A stretch of 64,000 bases of DNA from Octopus vulgaris. Lineage: Eukaryota. This document shows, in pieces, positions 51,673-64,000 of the stretch (its first letter is position 1; the number at the start of each line of letters is the position of its first letter). Where the stretch lies: contig OX597823.1 of the NCBI GenBank assembly GCA_951406725.2, positions 19,468,001-19,532,000 on the forward strand, read 5' to 3'. Made by a program: the position numbers and the translations under genes. The notes under the pieces are model-generated. The model was not told the origin of the DNA. It was given only the letters and a program-made list of their open reading frames with translations, and did no database searches.

Positions 51673-51960
51673 CTCTTTTACTCGTTTCAGTCATTTGAGT
51701 GCGGCCATGCTGGAGCACCGCCTTTAGTCGAGCAACTCGACCCCCGGGACTTATTCTTTTGAAAGCCCAGTACTTATTCTATCGGTCTCTTTTGCCAAAC
51801 CGCTAAGTAACGGGGACATAAACACACCAGCATTGGTTGTCAAGCAATGCTAGGGGGACAAACACAGACACACAAACACACACACGCTCGATTAAAGGCG
51901 GTGCTCCAGCATGGCCACAGTCAAATCACTGAAACAAGTAAAAGAGTAAAGAGTAAAGAG
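51673..51960. mobile_element. Two SINE family A 3' fragments in opposite orientation
   Basis: Minus-strand 3' half (51673-51885) abuts a plus-strand tail (51886-51960). Confidence 0.75.
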
Positions 51961-52422
51961 AGATGTTATTTTACTTAATTCTTTGTTATATTTAAAATAA
52001 TTGGAAGAAACACTGAGCATCTCAAAATAAATTCTGTAACGAAAGGGTTAAGTCCTATTTAGTAGGTCCATGAGAATTTACATCATCACATTCATTATGA
52101 CAAACAATGCAAATTTCTAAAGGTAACAGTAATTATGTATGGACTTTTAAGGTATAGGTTTGTAATCAGGACTACTATATAAACAGACATCGAAACATTT
52201 TATCTAAACACAGAGAAACATATTTTTTTTTTTATTTAGTGCTTAATACAGTTTTGTTTTACAAGTGTATGAAGTCAGATATGTTTGGCGTTCGGTTGGA
52301 CCACCTGCGTTAAATAAAATACACCCAGTGCGCAGTTATTGTACTCAGCATGTTAAACGGAAAGTGATTCTATTATTACAACCTAGCGAAAGACTATGGC
52401 TACTTTCCCTGCCCAAAGAACA

Positions 52423-52468
52423 TCCTTCTGAAGAATGCTTCATTTAGCATGAAACTTAAAGTCATGGA
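52423..52468 (+). ncRNA. Near-intact minimal type I hammerhead ribozyme (Penelope-like)
   Basis: TCCTT, CTGAAGA, stem II ATGCT/AGCAT with loop TCATTT, GAAA, stem III ACTT-A-AAGT, GUC^ after 52463, ATGGA (stem I has one mismatch). Confidence 0.65.
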
Positions 52469-52734
52469 ATGCGAGATAGAGTGGGGTGGTGGGAGAGAGA
52501 GAGACAGAGCATAAGGGCCCGACAAATAAAGGATTGCAATCTACAAGCTTGGCACACCATAATACCATATTCTTCTTTAGAGGGTGTCAGTTATTATCTG
52601 CAATAACTGATAATCACTCTATCAACACACACACACAAAAAAAAAATAGAGCCTGAAAAACAGATGCTAAATGAAGATGATATATATATATATACATATG
52701 TACATACATACATACACACATGTATGTATGCATG

Positions 52735-52774
<40 letters not shown>

Positions 52775-52775
<1 letters not shown>

Positions 52776-53145
52776 CTTTTACTTGGTTCACTCATTTGAT
52801 TGCAGCCATGCTGGAGCACCACCCTGTAGTGTTTTCGCCCAACAATTCGACCTCAGGACTTATTTTTAAGCCTAGTACTTATTCTATTGGTCTCTTTGCC
52901 AAATCGCTAAGTTATGGGGACGTAAACACACTAACAACAGCTGTCAAGCGAGGATGAAGGGGGGGCATAAACACAGACACATAGATATATATATACACAC
53001 ACACAAAACGGGCTTCTTTCAGTTTCCGTCTACCAAATCCACTCACAAGGCTTTGGATAGCCTGAGGCCAGAGTAGAAGACACTTGCCCAAGGTGTCATG
53101 CAGTGGAACTGAACCTGGAACTATGAGGTTGGGAAGAAAGCTACA
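52775..53145 (-). mobile_element. SINE family A
   Basis: Reverse-complement match. Confidence 0.8.
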
Positions 53146-53517
53146 TACACACACGCTATATTTCTGACTATGAAGATAATAGATAATTAGATTTATTCAC
53201 ATTTTTTTAAAGTTTCGCAGTAAAAAGCTTTAAAATTTTTTAGTTTAACTACTTTAAATTTAGCTTAGGTTTCATAATACACATGTATATGTGTGTGTGT
53301 ATGTGTGTGCGTGTGTGTATGTGTATAGACAGTCACGTGTTTGTCCCCATCAGAATTAATCATATGACTTATCTGTGTATTGTATTAACATATCTATATA
53401 TAATACAGATCCTTCTATTTGAGGCTAGGCCTCCTTTTATTCTTACTCACACGTATCATATATCAACTCTACTTTATGATATTGAGGACATTTTACTGTG
53501 TAAATTAATATATATTT

Positions 53518-53887
53518 GTTTGTGGTTAAGGAGCTTGCTTCCCAAGCATGTGGTCTTGGGTTGACTCCCACTACACAGCACCCTGGGAAAATGTTTTCAT
53601 AATATTCCTGGGCCTACCAAAGCCTTGTGAGTGGATTTGATAGACAGAACTGAAAGAATCTCATCATATATGTGTATTTGTGAGTGCATGAGTTTTCATC
53701 CCCCACCAGTGCTTGACAAATGGTCTTGGTTTGTTTACATCCCAGTAACTTAGCAGTCCAGTAAAAGAGACCAATATAATTAAGTACCAGATTTAAATAA
53801 AAAAAACAAAAGCACTGGAGTCAATGTGGTCAACTAAACTTTTTAAGGCAGTGCCCCAGCATGGCCACAATCCAATGATTGAAACAA
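53518..53887 (+). mobile_element. SINE family A, diverged
   Basis: Match to family A. Confidence 0.75.
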
Positions 53888-53986
53888 TATATATATATAT
53901 ATATTTATAAATTAAGGATATAATCATTAAAATGATTAAATCAGTGGCTAGCATATACAAAAACCCCCTTATCAGTCAAATTAATT

Positions 53987-54323
53987 TTTAAGTATATAAT
54001 TAAAATATATAATTATAATTAAGGATGTTGGAGTGCCAACGTCTATATGCTAGAAATAGATGTCAAATGTCTACAAATCACTCCAAATATGTTCTCTATT
54101 TTATTACAACACAAGGCTGAATGTGAGGTAATGGTCAAGATTTACAGATAGGGTTATCCGAAATTTTTGCAAATCTTGCCCATTGCATTTGGCCTTATGT
54201 TGTAATAAAATAGAGAACGTATTTAGAATGGGTTATAGACATTTGACATCTATTTCTAGCGTGTAGGCGTTGGCACTCTAGTGCCCGTAATTATAATTAC
54301 ATTTTTATAATTACATACTTAAA
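53987..54323. repeat. Imperfect palindrome (fold-back MITE-like element)
   Basis: For example GAGTGCCAACG..GCTAGAAATAGATGTCAAATGTCTA versus TAGACATTTGACATCTATTTCTAGC..CGTTGGCACTC. Confidence 0.8.
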
Positions 54324-54416
54324 TATATATTTATATATACACACACATATACACATATATATCAATTTCAAAATATCACTATTTGGTTTGACTTCATTAT
54401 TACAACTTGTACAAAT

Positions 54417-54705
54417 AGGCACAGGAATGGCAAGAAGCCTGCTTCTAAATCACATGGTTCCAGGTTCAGTCCCACTGCAGGACACCTTGGGCAAGTGTTT
54501 TCTACAATAGCCTCGGGCTGACCAAATCCTTGTGGATGGATTTGGTAGGTGGAAACTGAAAGAAACCACTGCTTGACAACCGGTGCTGGTATGTTAACAC
54601 CCCCATAACATAGCGGTTCAGCAAAAGAGATTGAAAAAAATTCTTCAATGTGGTGCCCCAGCATAGCCGCAGCCTAATGATTGAAACAAGCAAAGGATAA
54701 AAGAT
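54417..54705 (+). mobile_element. SINE family A, internally deleted
   Basis: Match to family A. Confidence 0.7.
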
Positions 54706-55029
54706 GAAATATATAAGAGACTCCATCATTATTATCATTTTTGTCTCATGGTCTTTGTAAGTGTTTAGTATACAGTGTGTGTGTGTGTGTGTGAAGGTGT
54801 TTGAGAAAGAGCATGTGTGTGAGTGATGTTGTCATACTTTAGTTCCAGGTCAGCCCTGAGCAAAAAGATATATGATCAAAGAATGTTCCAGGCATGACCA
54901 TCCTTTACGTAACCACTTGACCTACTAGAAAGTGCAGTATCAAATCTCTGGGAAATCACATCTTACTATGATAATAACGACAATAATAATAATAACAATA
55001 ATAATAATAATAATAATGATGTGGTTCTT

Positions 55030-55298
55030 TCAACATCCTTAAACAACACTTATTCAGGGACCTTTTGAGCAGGATGGGCTACTCAACCTGAAGAAAATTC
55101 TAACTGGGCCCCACTTGCAAGGTCATGTGCTGTTTATCTTGATATGAGATCACCATGTCGCGCACATATGGTTGTGATGCACGTGCCTGGTGTACCCTTA
55201 TCAGATGGGTAGTCATGATGGGTATATTGGGCTTCGTATATTTTACCCCAGTGTCACTTTGATGGCATGAACTGCTCTCTCACTCAATAATAATAATA
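55030..55298 (+). mobile_element. Probable non-LTR retroelement 3' end inserted in (TAA)n (R4/Dong-like by inference)
   Basis: GC-richer block ending CTCTCTCACTC(AAT)n, with (AAT)n also just upstream. No ORF supports the clade call. Confidence 0.35.
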
Positions 55299-55745
55299 GC
55301 TTCACTTTTGTCACAAGGCCAGAATTTTAGGGGTGAGGGCTAAGCCAGACACATCACCTGGGATCACTACTCAACTGGTATTTATTTTAACAAAAAAAAA
55401 AAAAAAAAAAAAAAGGATGAAAATACCAAGTCAACTCTGGCAGGATTTGAACTCAAAATGTAAAGACTCACAACAAATACCACTAGCCATTCTTGTGTGT
55501 GTGTGCGTATACCTAGAAACCAGGATTAGCAAACCCTTGCCTGGATAATTCCTGAGTAACTTGCATTCATCTTTGGGTTGGATCAGGTGGAAGACAAACA
55601 ACTAAAAGCTTAGAGTGGTACCAGATGTCCTAAGTGGGCTGGTCACATGGCCAGTCATGTGACCTCAAGTGCTAGTTATTCCTATCGATCAAGAACAACA
55701 AGACACCACATCATTTCTCATTCCATTCCACCCTGTATCCATTAA

Positions 55746-56294
55746 CCCCTTCGTTACCAATCCAGCTGAAACCAGCTCTGACTCCGAGTACAAATGTCTT
55801 GTTTTCATAAGTTTTGAATTAAAATCTTCTACCAAACCTTAGTCACAATTTATGTTCCTAACACTAGCTGAATGATTAAGTTATTTTAATAAATTCTTTG
55901 TTATATTTAACCCTTTCGTTACCAACCCGGCTGAAACCGGCTCTGGCTGTGAGTACAAATGTCTTGTTTTCATAAGTTTGGAATTAAAATCTTTCACCAA
56001 ACCTTAGTCACAATTTATATTCCTAACACTAGCTGAATGATAACTAAGTTATTTTAATAAATTCTTTGTTATATTTAACCCTTTCGTTACCAACCCGGCT
56101 GAAACCGGCTCTGGCTGTGAATACAAGTGTCTTGTTTTCATAAGTTTTTAATTAAAATCTTCCACAATTAGTCACAATTTATGTTCCTAACACTAGCTGA
56201 ATGGTAACTAAGTTATTTTAATAAATTCTTTGTTATATTTAAAGTAATTGAAAGAAACACAGAGCATCTTAACAGAAATACAGTAACGAAAGGA
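55746..56294 (+). mobile_element. piggyBac-type MITE with its 5' 165-168 bp triplicated in tandem
   Basis: Units start at 55746, 55911 and 56079, each after TTAA. Only one right end. Confidence 0.85.
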
Positions 56295-56691
56295 TTAATA
56301 ATAATCTGGCAGAATCAGGCAACCACCTGTAATTATAAACAAAACCCAAAACGTGGGAGGGTGGGAAAAACAAGAGGCTCACTGAAGTAGCTAGAAATAG
56401 AAGCCAAATCATTCTCTACCATCTCAGAAAATAATGAGAAGGATACATTGGGTAATGTAAGTCTTACACAGCCATAAAAAGATAAGACTGTTAGGAGAGG
56501 AATGTCTTACATTGTGAATTTGCTCAATCAGAGCAGACTTAGTACGAAACAACAGCAACAATAAAAGCGAAATGAATCAGTAAATAAATATCTGAATTAA
56601 TATCAATCTGCTGCTGCCACTGGCACGTTAACCAATTTATCCAATTTCCTTCTTGTGAACTTTAAAAGGAAGACCCTTGCTGAAAGACTCT

Positions 56692-56729
56692 TGACGTCAT
56701 GGATCACGTGACCCGGCCCTATGACGTCA
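56692..56729. promoter_or_regulatory. Candidate enhancer: CRE - E-box - CRE cluster
   Basis: TGACGTCA (56692-56699), TCACGTGA (56704-56711), TGACGTCA (56722-56729) in unique, otherwise CpG-poor sequence. Confidence 0.45.
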
Positions 56730-56934
56730 TGTGCCATTCATTGAAAATCTGTGGCTGTTATCTGCTGTTCTTTACAACCCACTGCTAATTGGAGTCACCG
56801 AGACAAGGCTGGCTAACATGAAACCTTTAGATATGGGTTTGTAATGCTGCCTAACACACATATACATGCCAGACTCAACATGCTTCTCATATAAGGAGGG
56901 TACAGCTTTATATTAAGCAACAACTATACTACAG

Positions 56935-57048
56935 ACACACACACAAACATATATATATATATATACACACACATATATATATATATACATACACACACAT
57001 ATATGTATATATATATATATATATATACAGACACACATATACATATAG

Positions 57049-57103
<55 letters not shown>

Positions 57104-57200
57104 TACATAAACAAACGCATATATATATATATATATATATATTCCTACATATATATACACATGTACACAGACACAATGTAAATTCATGCATAGGCTCTCA

Positions 57201-57290
<90 letters not shown>
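56935..57290. repeat. (TA)n/(CA)n/(TC)n compound microsatellite
   Basis: Direct inspection. Confidence 0.95.
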
Positions 57291-57566
57291 TTAATGTTCA
57301 TTATACACACACATGTTAGTTTCGTTTTTATAAACACTCAATTAAACTTAAGCAATGGCGTGGGAGGAAAGAAGAAATCTAGCTCAAACTTTGGTGCATG
57401 GAAACTTGAAATAGTTATTTAAGACAAAGTATTCAATAGATTTATAATTCCCCGTCTCTTAATTGGTGTGATTTTCAACATATTTCTTTACCCACATCTC
57501 AACAATGGCTTCAAAACCCCTCTATAAATTCATACTAATAATTCTTTCTGATTTTTTAAAATTTTA

Positions 57567-57922
57567 GGATCTTTTCGGTTTGAACAGCAGTTTTTAATAT
57601 AATTTCTAGGTAACTAAAAAGTTTAAAACTTCGTATACTAGTAGAATGTGTTTATAAAACATGTTTTTCTCTTGGCTTTATTGAGAAAATTCTATAGTTT
57701 GTAAGATATTTGTTGATTTTTTTTCTTCAATTTTTGCAATTTCAACCAATCAGTGATGTCTATTGAGGTGAAAACATTCTGTGCCGTATGAAAATCTCCC
57801 TCGTTTAAGAAAAAGATTGGGTTTATTTACATTTCTGAAGAAAAAAAAAAGATACCCTTCCCCCCACTCCTAACTCTAACACAGATTGAAATGCAATAGA
57901 TCGATACTAGGGTCATAATTAT
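57567..57922. mobile_element. Truncated second copy of the Merlin-like MITE, fused to a SINE tail
   Basis: Colinear with 26812-27165, then switches to sequence matching 49375-49435. Confidence 0.8.
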
Positions 57923-58802
57923 TGTGACCAGCGATGTGTAGCAACATCTGATAGTCTGGTCGGTCATGGTGATATATATATATATATATATCTCACACAC
58001 GCACATATGTACATACACACACAAATACACACAGACAGGATAAAAATATATATGATTAATGTGTGTGTGTGTGTGTGTGTGTACTGAGTTCTTGAATAGA
58101 TGTAAGACCTGGAAAAATGCTTAGAAAATTTTGGTGTGTGTGTTAATAGCAACTAAAAGCCATCCAAATTTTTTTTAATGAGATAAACTTTCATTATATG
58201 AAGTACTTTTGGTGCTTAAAAAGAAATGTTATCTACAACCTATACATCTGTTTTAGATAAATGTATTGTATGTGCATGCATGCATGTATGATTGTGTGTG
58301 TGTTCATACATGTATAATATATGCATATAGTTCAATTTTGATTGTCCACTGATTGATTATTGTGTATAGATAAACAAATATATACACATACCAAGCACAT
58401 GGTTCCGGGTTCAGTCCCACTGCGTGGCACTTTCGGCAAGTGTCTTCTACTATAGCCTTGGGCTGACCAAAGCCTTGTGAGTGGATTTGGTAAGCGGAAA
58501 CTGAAAGAAGCTCTACTGGTTTTTGTGGGTTTGGCTTTTATGGCTGGATGCTCTTCCTAATGCCAATCACTTCGCAGAGTGGTCTAGGTGCTTTATTAAA
58601 ACAGTTCAGTATCTTTTATCAGTTATCATACAACTTATATACCAAGGATAAAAATTGAAGGTTTATCAAAAATGGTTTAACATACATTACATGAGAAATT
58701 TGCAGTGCACCTGAATACTGTATTCAATAAGTTCATTATTATCAAATTATCCAAAATAAATACTGTCAAGTGCATTAATTAATTAATTAATTATGAATAT
58801 AT

Positions 58803-59192
58803 AGACGTAGGAGTGGCTGTGTGGTAAGTAGCTTGCTTACCAACCACATGGTTCTGGGTTCAGTCCCAGTGTGTGGCATCTTGGGCAAGTGTCTTCTACT
58901 ATAGCCTCGGGCCGACCAAAGCCTTCTGAGTGGATTTGGTAGACGGGAACTGAAAGAAGCCTGTCGTATATATCATTATATATATGTGTGTGTGTGTCTG
59001 TGTTTGTCCTCTCAACATCGCTTGACAACCGATGCTGGTGTGTTTACGTCCCTGTAACTTAGCGGTTCGGCAAAAGAGACAGATAGAATAAGTACTAGGC
59101 TTACAAAGAATAAGTCCTGGGGTCGATTTGCTCGACTAAAGGCGGTGCTCCAGCATGGCCACAGTCAAATGACTGAAACCAGTAAAAGAGTA
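58803..59192 (+). mobile_element. SINE family A, full length
   Basis: Match to family A. Confidence 0.9.
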
Positions 59193-59230
59193 ACAGAATT
59201 GTTGTAAGCAGCCTTTGCACTGATATGCAA

Positions 59231-59376
59231 ATTAGGCAGACCAGCTGAACCGTGACCAACTTTGTTGCTATTAGCTATTGATCTCTTTGTGGACATAACA
59301 TGGGTAATACTTTCTCTGATGAAGGTCCCAGAAGACAAGAAACTAGTCAAATCGATCCTGCTTTTTTTTTTTTTGT

Positions 59377-59444
<68 letters not shown>

Positions 59445-59490
59445 AAGCCTGTACTATAACAGCTTTTCACAGCAAGACCAAAATTGTATG
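59231..59490 (+). repeat. Local direct duplication, copy 1 (contains a hammerhead-like motif and (GA)n)
   Basis: Near-identical to 60439-60652 apart from (GA)n length and a few substitutions. CTGATGA at 59316-59322, GAAACTAGTC at 59339-59348. Confidence 0.85.
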
Positions 59491-59809
59491 TTTATTTAAA
59501 AAGGTATAACTTACATTACATACTATTCAAAACTCTGTGTGTGTAATACATTATTAATTGATTAAATATGCATGTGTGTGTGCCTAAAAGTAAGCAAGTA
59601 AACCAGTTTGTATGTGTGTATATATGTATATATATTTATATATAGTGTGGTTTTATTTAACTTTTTGTCAGTCTTTTGATAGGAAGGGTGGGACTGGTTT
59701 TGAATCAAAGAGTCTTTTCAAGTGGTGTGTGAGTATGTGTGTCTGTATTTTATTGAGGTTAGTGTAGGTGTGTGTTGCATCATGCTATTTTATATTATTT
59801 ATGGTATAT

Positions 59810-59844
<35 letters not shown>

Positions 59845-59922
59845 TAATATATATATACATACATATATTTACACTGCATACATATACGTACATACAAACA
59901 CATAATATATACTAACATGCAT

Positions 59923-59956
<34 letters not shown>

Positions 59957-59964
59957 ACATATAC

Positions 59965-60011
<47 letters not shown>

Positions 60012-60285
60012 CATATACATATATATATATAATATATTCTTTTATTCTTTTACTGGTTTCAGTCATTTGACTGTGGCCATGCTGGAGCAGCGCCTTTAGT
60101 CGAGCAAACTGACCCCCCCAGGACTTATTCTTTGTAAGCCTAGTACTTCAGCGCCTATATGTATACACATACACACATATCATATCGTCATTTGATATTC
60201 TCCTTCAATGCTGGGATGGGTTGGACATGGTTGGAGAGAAACTTCTAAGTCAGACGACTGACCATAACCCCCACTCCACCCCCGC

Positions 60286-60316
<31 letters not shown>

Positions 60317-60438
60317 GTATGTATATATATGTATATTTATATATGTATATATATGTATATGTGTATGTGTATATATATATGTATATGTGTATATATATAT
60401 GTGTGTGTATGTATATATGTGTGTGTATCATCATCATC

Positions 60439-60652
60439 ATTAGGCAGACCAGCTGAACCATGACCAACTTTGTTGCTATTAGCTATTGATCTCTTTGTGG
60501 ACATAAGACGGGTATACTTTCTCTGATGAAGGTCCCAGAAGACAAGAAACTAGTCAAATCGATCCTGCTTATTTTTTTTTTTGTCCAGAGAGAGAGAGAG
60601 AGATGAAAGCCTGTACTATAACAGCTTTTCACAGCAAGACCAAAATTGTATG
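60439..60652 (+). repeat. Local direct duplication, copy 2
   Basis: Matches 59231-59490. CTGATGA at 60523-60529, GAAACTAGTC at 60546-60555. Confidence 0.85.
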
Positions 60653-61169
60653 CATACACATACTAGTTTACTGGTTTCAGTCACTGGACTGCGGTCCTCA
60701 TGCCAGGGCAACCCCTTCAAACCTTTAACCAATCATACTGATCTCACCTCATACCCTACTTATTCTTGTCTAGTTCTTACATTATCAATCTGTATTTGCT
60801 AAGTCGAAATGGCCTACAATGGTTTTGAAACATCACAGGCTGCAAAATAGATACAGACATGGACATAGTCACATAATACACTACACCATCATCAGCATCT
60901 TCACCATCATTCTCACACCTGCTTTCCATGCTAGCATGGGTCGGATGAGTTATTGCTAAGCTCCTAGATGGGTTGGCAGACCACATCTTACTCATAAGTT
61001 TCCATTTTGGCTTGCTTTCTAAGACTAGATGCCATTTCCTAATACCAACCACCTGTCATCATCATCGTCATCATCTGTCTGCTTTTCCATGCTGGCAAGG
61101 GTTGGACGGTGCTTTCTGAGGCAGTTCTATTGTCTGACACCCTTCTCAATGCCAATTCTCTTATGTTTT

Positions 61170-61505
61170 GTATCAGTCACTGAATGGCAGCCATGCTGGA
61201 GCACAGAACTTATTTTTGAAGCTTGCAACTTATTTTTGAAGCCTGCAACTTATTCTATCAGTCTCTTTTTGCTGAACAACTAAGTTACAGTGACATAAAC
61301 AAACCAACCAACACTTGTTGTCAAGCAGGAGTGGGGAACAAGCACAAACAGAAAGATGCCCATTCCCTCCCCAAAAACAGGCTTCCACACAGTTTCCATC
61401 TACGAAATTCACTCATAAGGCATTGGTTAGCCTAGGGCTATAGTAGAAGACACATATCCGGAGTGCTGTGCAGTGGGACTGAACCTAGAACCATGAGGTT
61501 GCAAA
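61170..61505 (-). mobile_element. SINE family A, diverged
   Basis: Reverse-complement match. Confidence 0.7.
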
Positions 61506-61704
61506 GAGTGCCTCTTTTGTTAACCAGGACATGGACAGATGCACACACGCGCACACACACACACGATATTTGACATGAAGGTGGACTCATTCTGTTATGA
61601 TTTGAGTTTCACACCACAGTCACTGTAGAGGCAACTGAATGACTGGTGCAGCTCCAAACTGAAATCACAAGGATGAGAATTCAGTTTAAATAAACAACAT
61701 GTTC

Positions 61705-61872
61705 CTATATATATATATATATATATATAAAAATATACACATATATACATACATATATATAAATATGTACATATATACATACACACATATATAAATATGT
61801 ACATATATACATACACACATATATAAATATGCATATATATACATACACACATATATACACACACATACATAT

Positions 61873-61903
<31 letters not shown>

Positions 61904-62474
61904 CATACACATATACATATATATATACACACACACATATATATACATACACACACATATATATACACACACACATATACATATATAAATATACATATAT
62001 ATATACATACATATATATATATATACACATATATACATACTTATATATATGCACATGTATATATACACATATACATACACATATATACATGCACACATAT
62101 ATATACACGTATCTACATACACACATATATATACACGTATCTACATACACATATATACATATACACATATACATACACACATATACATACACATACACAC
62201 ATATACATACACACATATACTTACACACACACACACATATATACATATATATACACACACATATACATATATATACACACACACATATATACATATATAT
62301 ATATACATAGACACATATACATATAAACACACACACACACACACACATATATATACATACACATATATACATTCACATATATATATATATACATGTACAC
62401 ACACACATATATATATATATATACATGTACATGCCTATATATATATATATACATGTACACACCTATATACATAT

Positions 62475-62505
<31 letters not shown>

Positions 62506-62764
62506 AATACATATATACACACACACATACATGTCTGTGTGTGTTTATTGAATATGTGAGTCTGATGTGTTCAAAACCATGCCAACTCTAAGGAAATGGT
62601 CCTTTGAACTGGGATGGACCTACTTCCATTCCAAGAGATGTTTGGCAAGGAAAGAAAAACCAGAAAATAAACCATAAAAGGAAACTACACACACGTGTGT
62701 GTGTGTGTGTGTATGTATATATATATATACATACATACACATATATATATATATATACACACAC

Positions 62765-62797
<33 letters not shown>

Positions 62798-62937
62798 TAT
62801 ATACACACACACATATATACACATATATACATACACACACACATATATACATATATATATACACACATATATATATATATATATACACACACATATATAT
62901 ACACACATATATATATATACACACACATATATATATA
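61705..62937. repeat. Long (TA)/(CA) compound microsatellite blocks, with a unique gap at about 62530-62690
   Basis: Direct inspection. Source of the many Y/I/H/T ORFs in the track. Confidence 0.95.
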
Positions 62938-64000
62938 GTGGGAAGAGAAAGAAAAGCAAAAATGAATTCTTCAAGTGTTTGTACATTAGTGTATGTTATT
63001 TAACCTGGTGTGTATACATGAGCCTATGTATGTATATATATATATATATGCATATAGATAGATATATTATACACACACACACGCACACATGTACATACAT
63101 CTATACAGATGTGTGCTCATAAACGTACACAACATGTAAACTGAGACTTGGGTGTGGCCTTCATCCTTTCCACATATCATTATCCAGCCAGAGAAATACA
63201 CCATCACCATCGCAGCAGCTGCCGTCGTCGCCACCCCTACTAGTATTTATGCATTGCCATCCCACCATCCACCCCCACCATTCCATCCAGCACGCCACCA
63301 CAACTACCATAACAGAATCACCATATTAGCTGGCACTCTCTCAAGTGACTTGTTTGTTATTCCCTTCAAGCACATGATTATTAGCCTTGCCCTCTTCTTC
63401 CCCCTCCTCTTCCTTCTTCCACCACCACCACCACCACTGTCGCCTTCCTCACAAACCTACTATCCTATACTTACTGTGTAAGAAGTTGAAGGAGCTAGTT
63501 ACGAACCGAGTGTATTGTGGTGTAATGTAATTTAGTGGAAGTGTAATATAAGTGTAGCGTAAGTGCAAGTGTAATATCAAGTGTAGTGAGGTGCCCCACC
63601 AAATTTCACTCATACGGGAGCCAAGATGCCACACGGTAGGATCAAACCTCAAAAAAACACAATTCACGCAGTTGTACCTGTGCCTCAGCCATGTAGAAAA
63701 TTGATGTGTGTGGCATGGTTGGTCTGGTGATTATTTCTTTTTTACATTAGAACAAAGGCCTGAATGTGTTGTGGAACGAAGCAGATCACTGAATCAATTC
63801 CTCATTTTTAACCAACCCTTTTTGCCTATCCAAAGTATTTTCATAAGTTTGTTTGAACGTGGCTGATGCCAGTACCCCTTGACTGGCCCCCATGCCGGTG
63901 GCACGTAAAAAGCACTATCTGAACATGATCGATGCCAGGCCCACCTGACTGGCTCCTGTGCTGGTGGTATATAAAAGCACCCACTACAGTCTCGGAGTGG

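Noticed and set aside
61595-63122. Many ORFs of 100-228 aa rich in Y/I/C/V/H/T
   Set aside because: Microsatellite translations. The same applies at 19673-20146, 46312-46976 and 56913-57337.

Overview
AT-rich eukaryotic genomic DNA that is almost all intronic or intergenic and packed with repeats. The SINE families and the load of (TA)n/(CA)n tracts suggest an octopus or other coleoid cephalopod; this is an inference from recognising repeat families, not a database result. Nearly all ORF-track entries are microsatellite or SINE artefacts. I can support only one host protein-coding exon: a 154-nt minus-strand exon (26378-26531) encoding the C-terminal end of a NIDO domain. Mobile elements include at least four SINE families, CR1 and RTE LINE 3' fragments, non-autonomous Helitrons, piggyBac-type and Merlin-type MITEs, a deleted mariner, and minisatellites that arose inside transposons. 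The most interesting signal is a set of type I hammerhead ribozyme motifs. One lies in a 358-nt highly structured unit present as 1.45 tandem copies with identical 160-bp direct repeats (45791-46308), a candidate retrozyme (genomic copy of a self-cleaving circular RNA). One has a fully canonical core and an unusually long stem II (42966-43048), one is near-intact (52423-52468), and several are degenerate Penelope-like relics. All RNA structures were paired by eye and need folding or in vitro confirmation. Repeat boundaries are approximate unless TSDs or termini are given.
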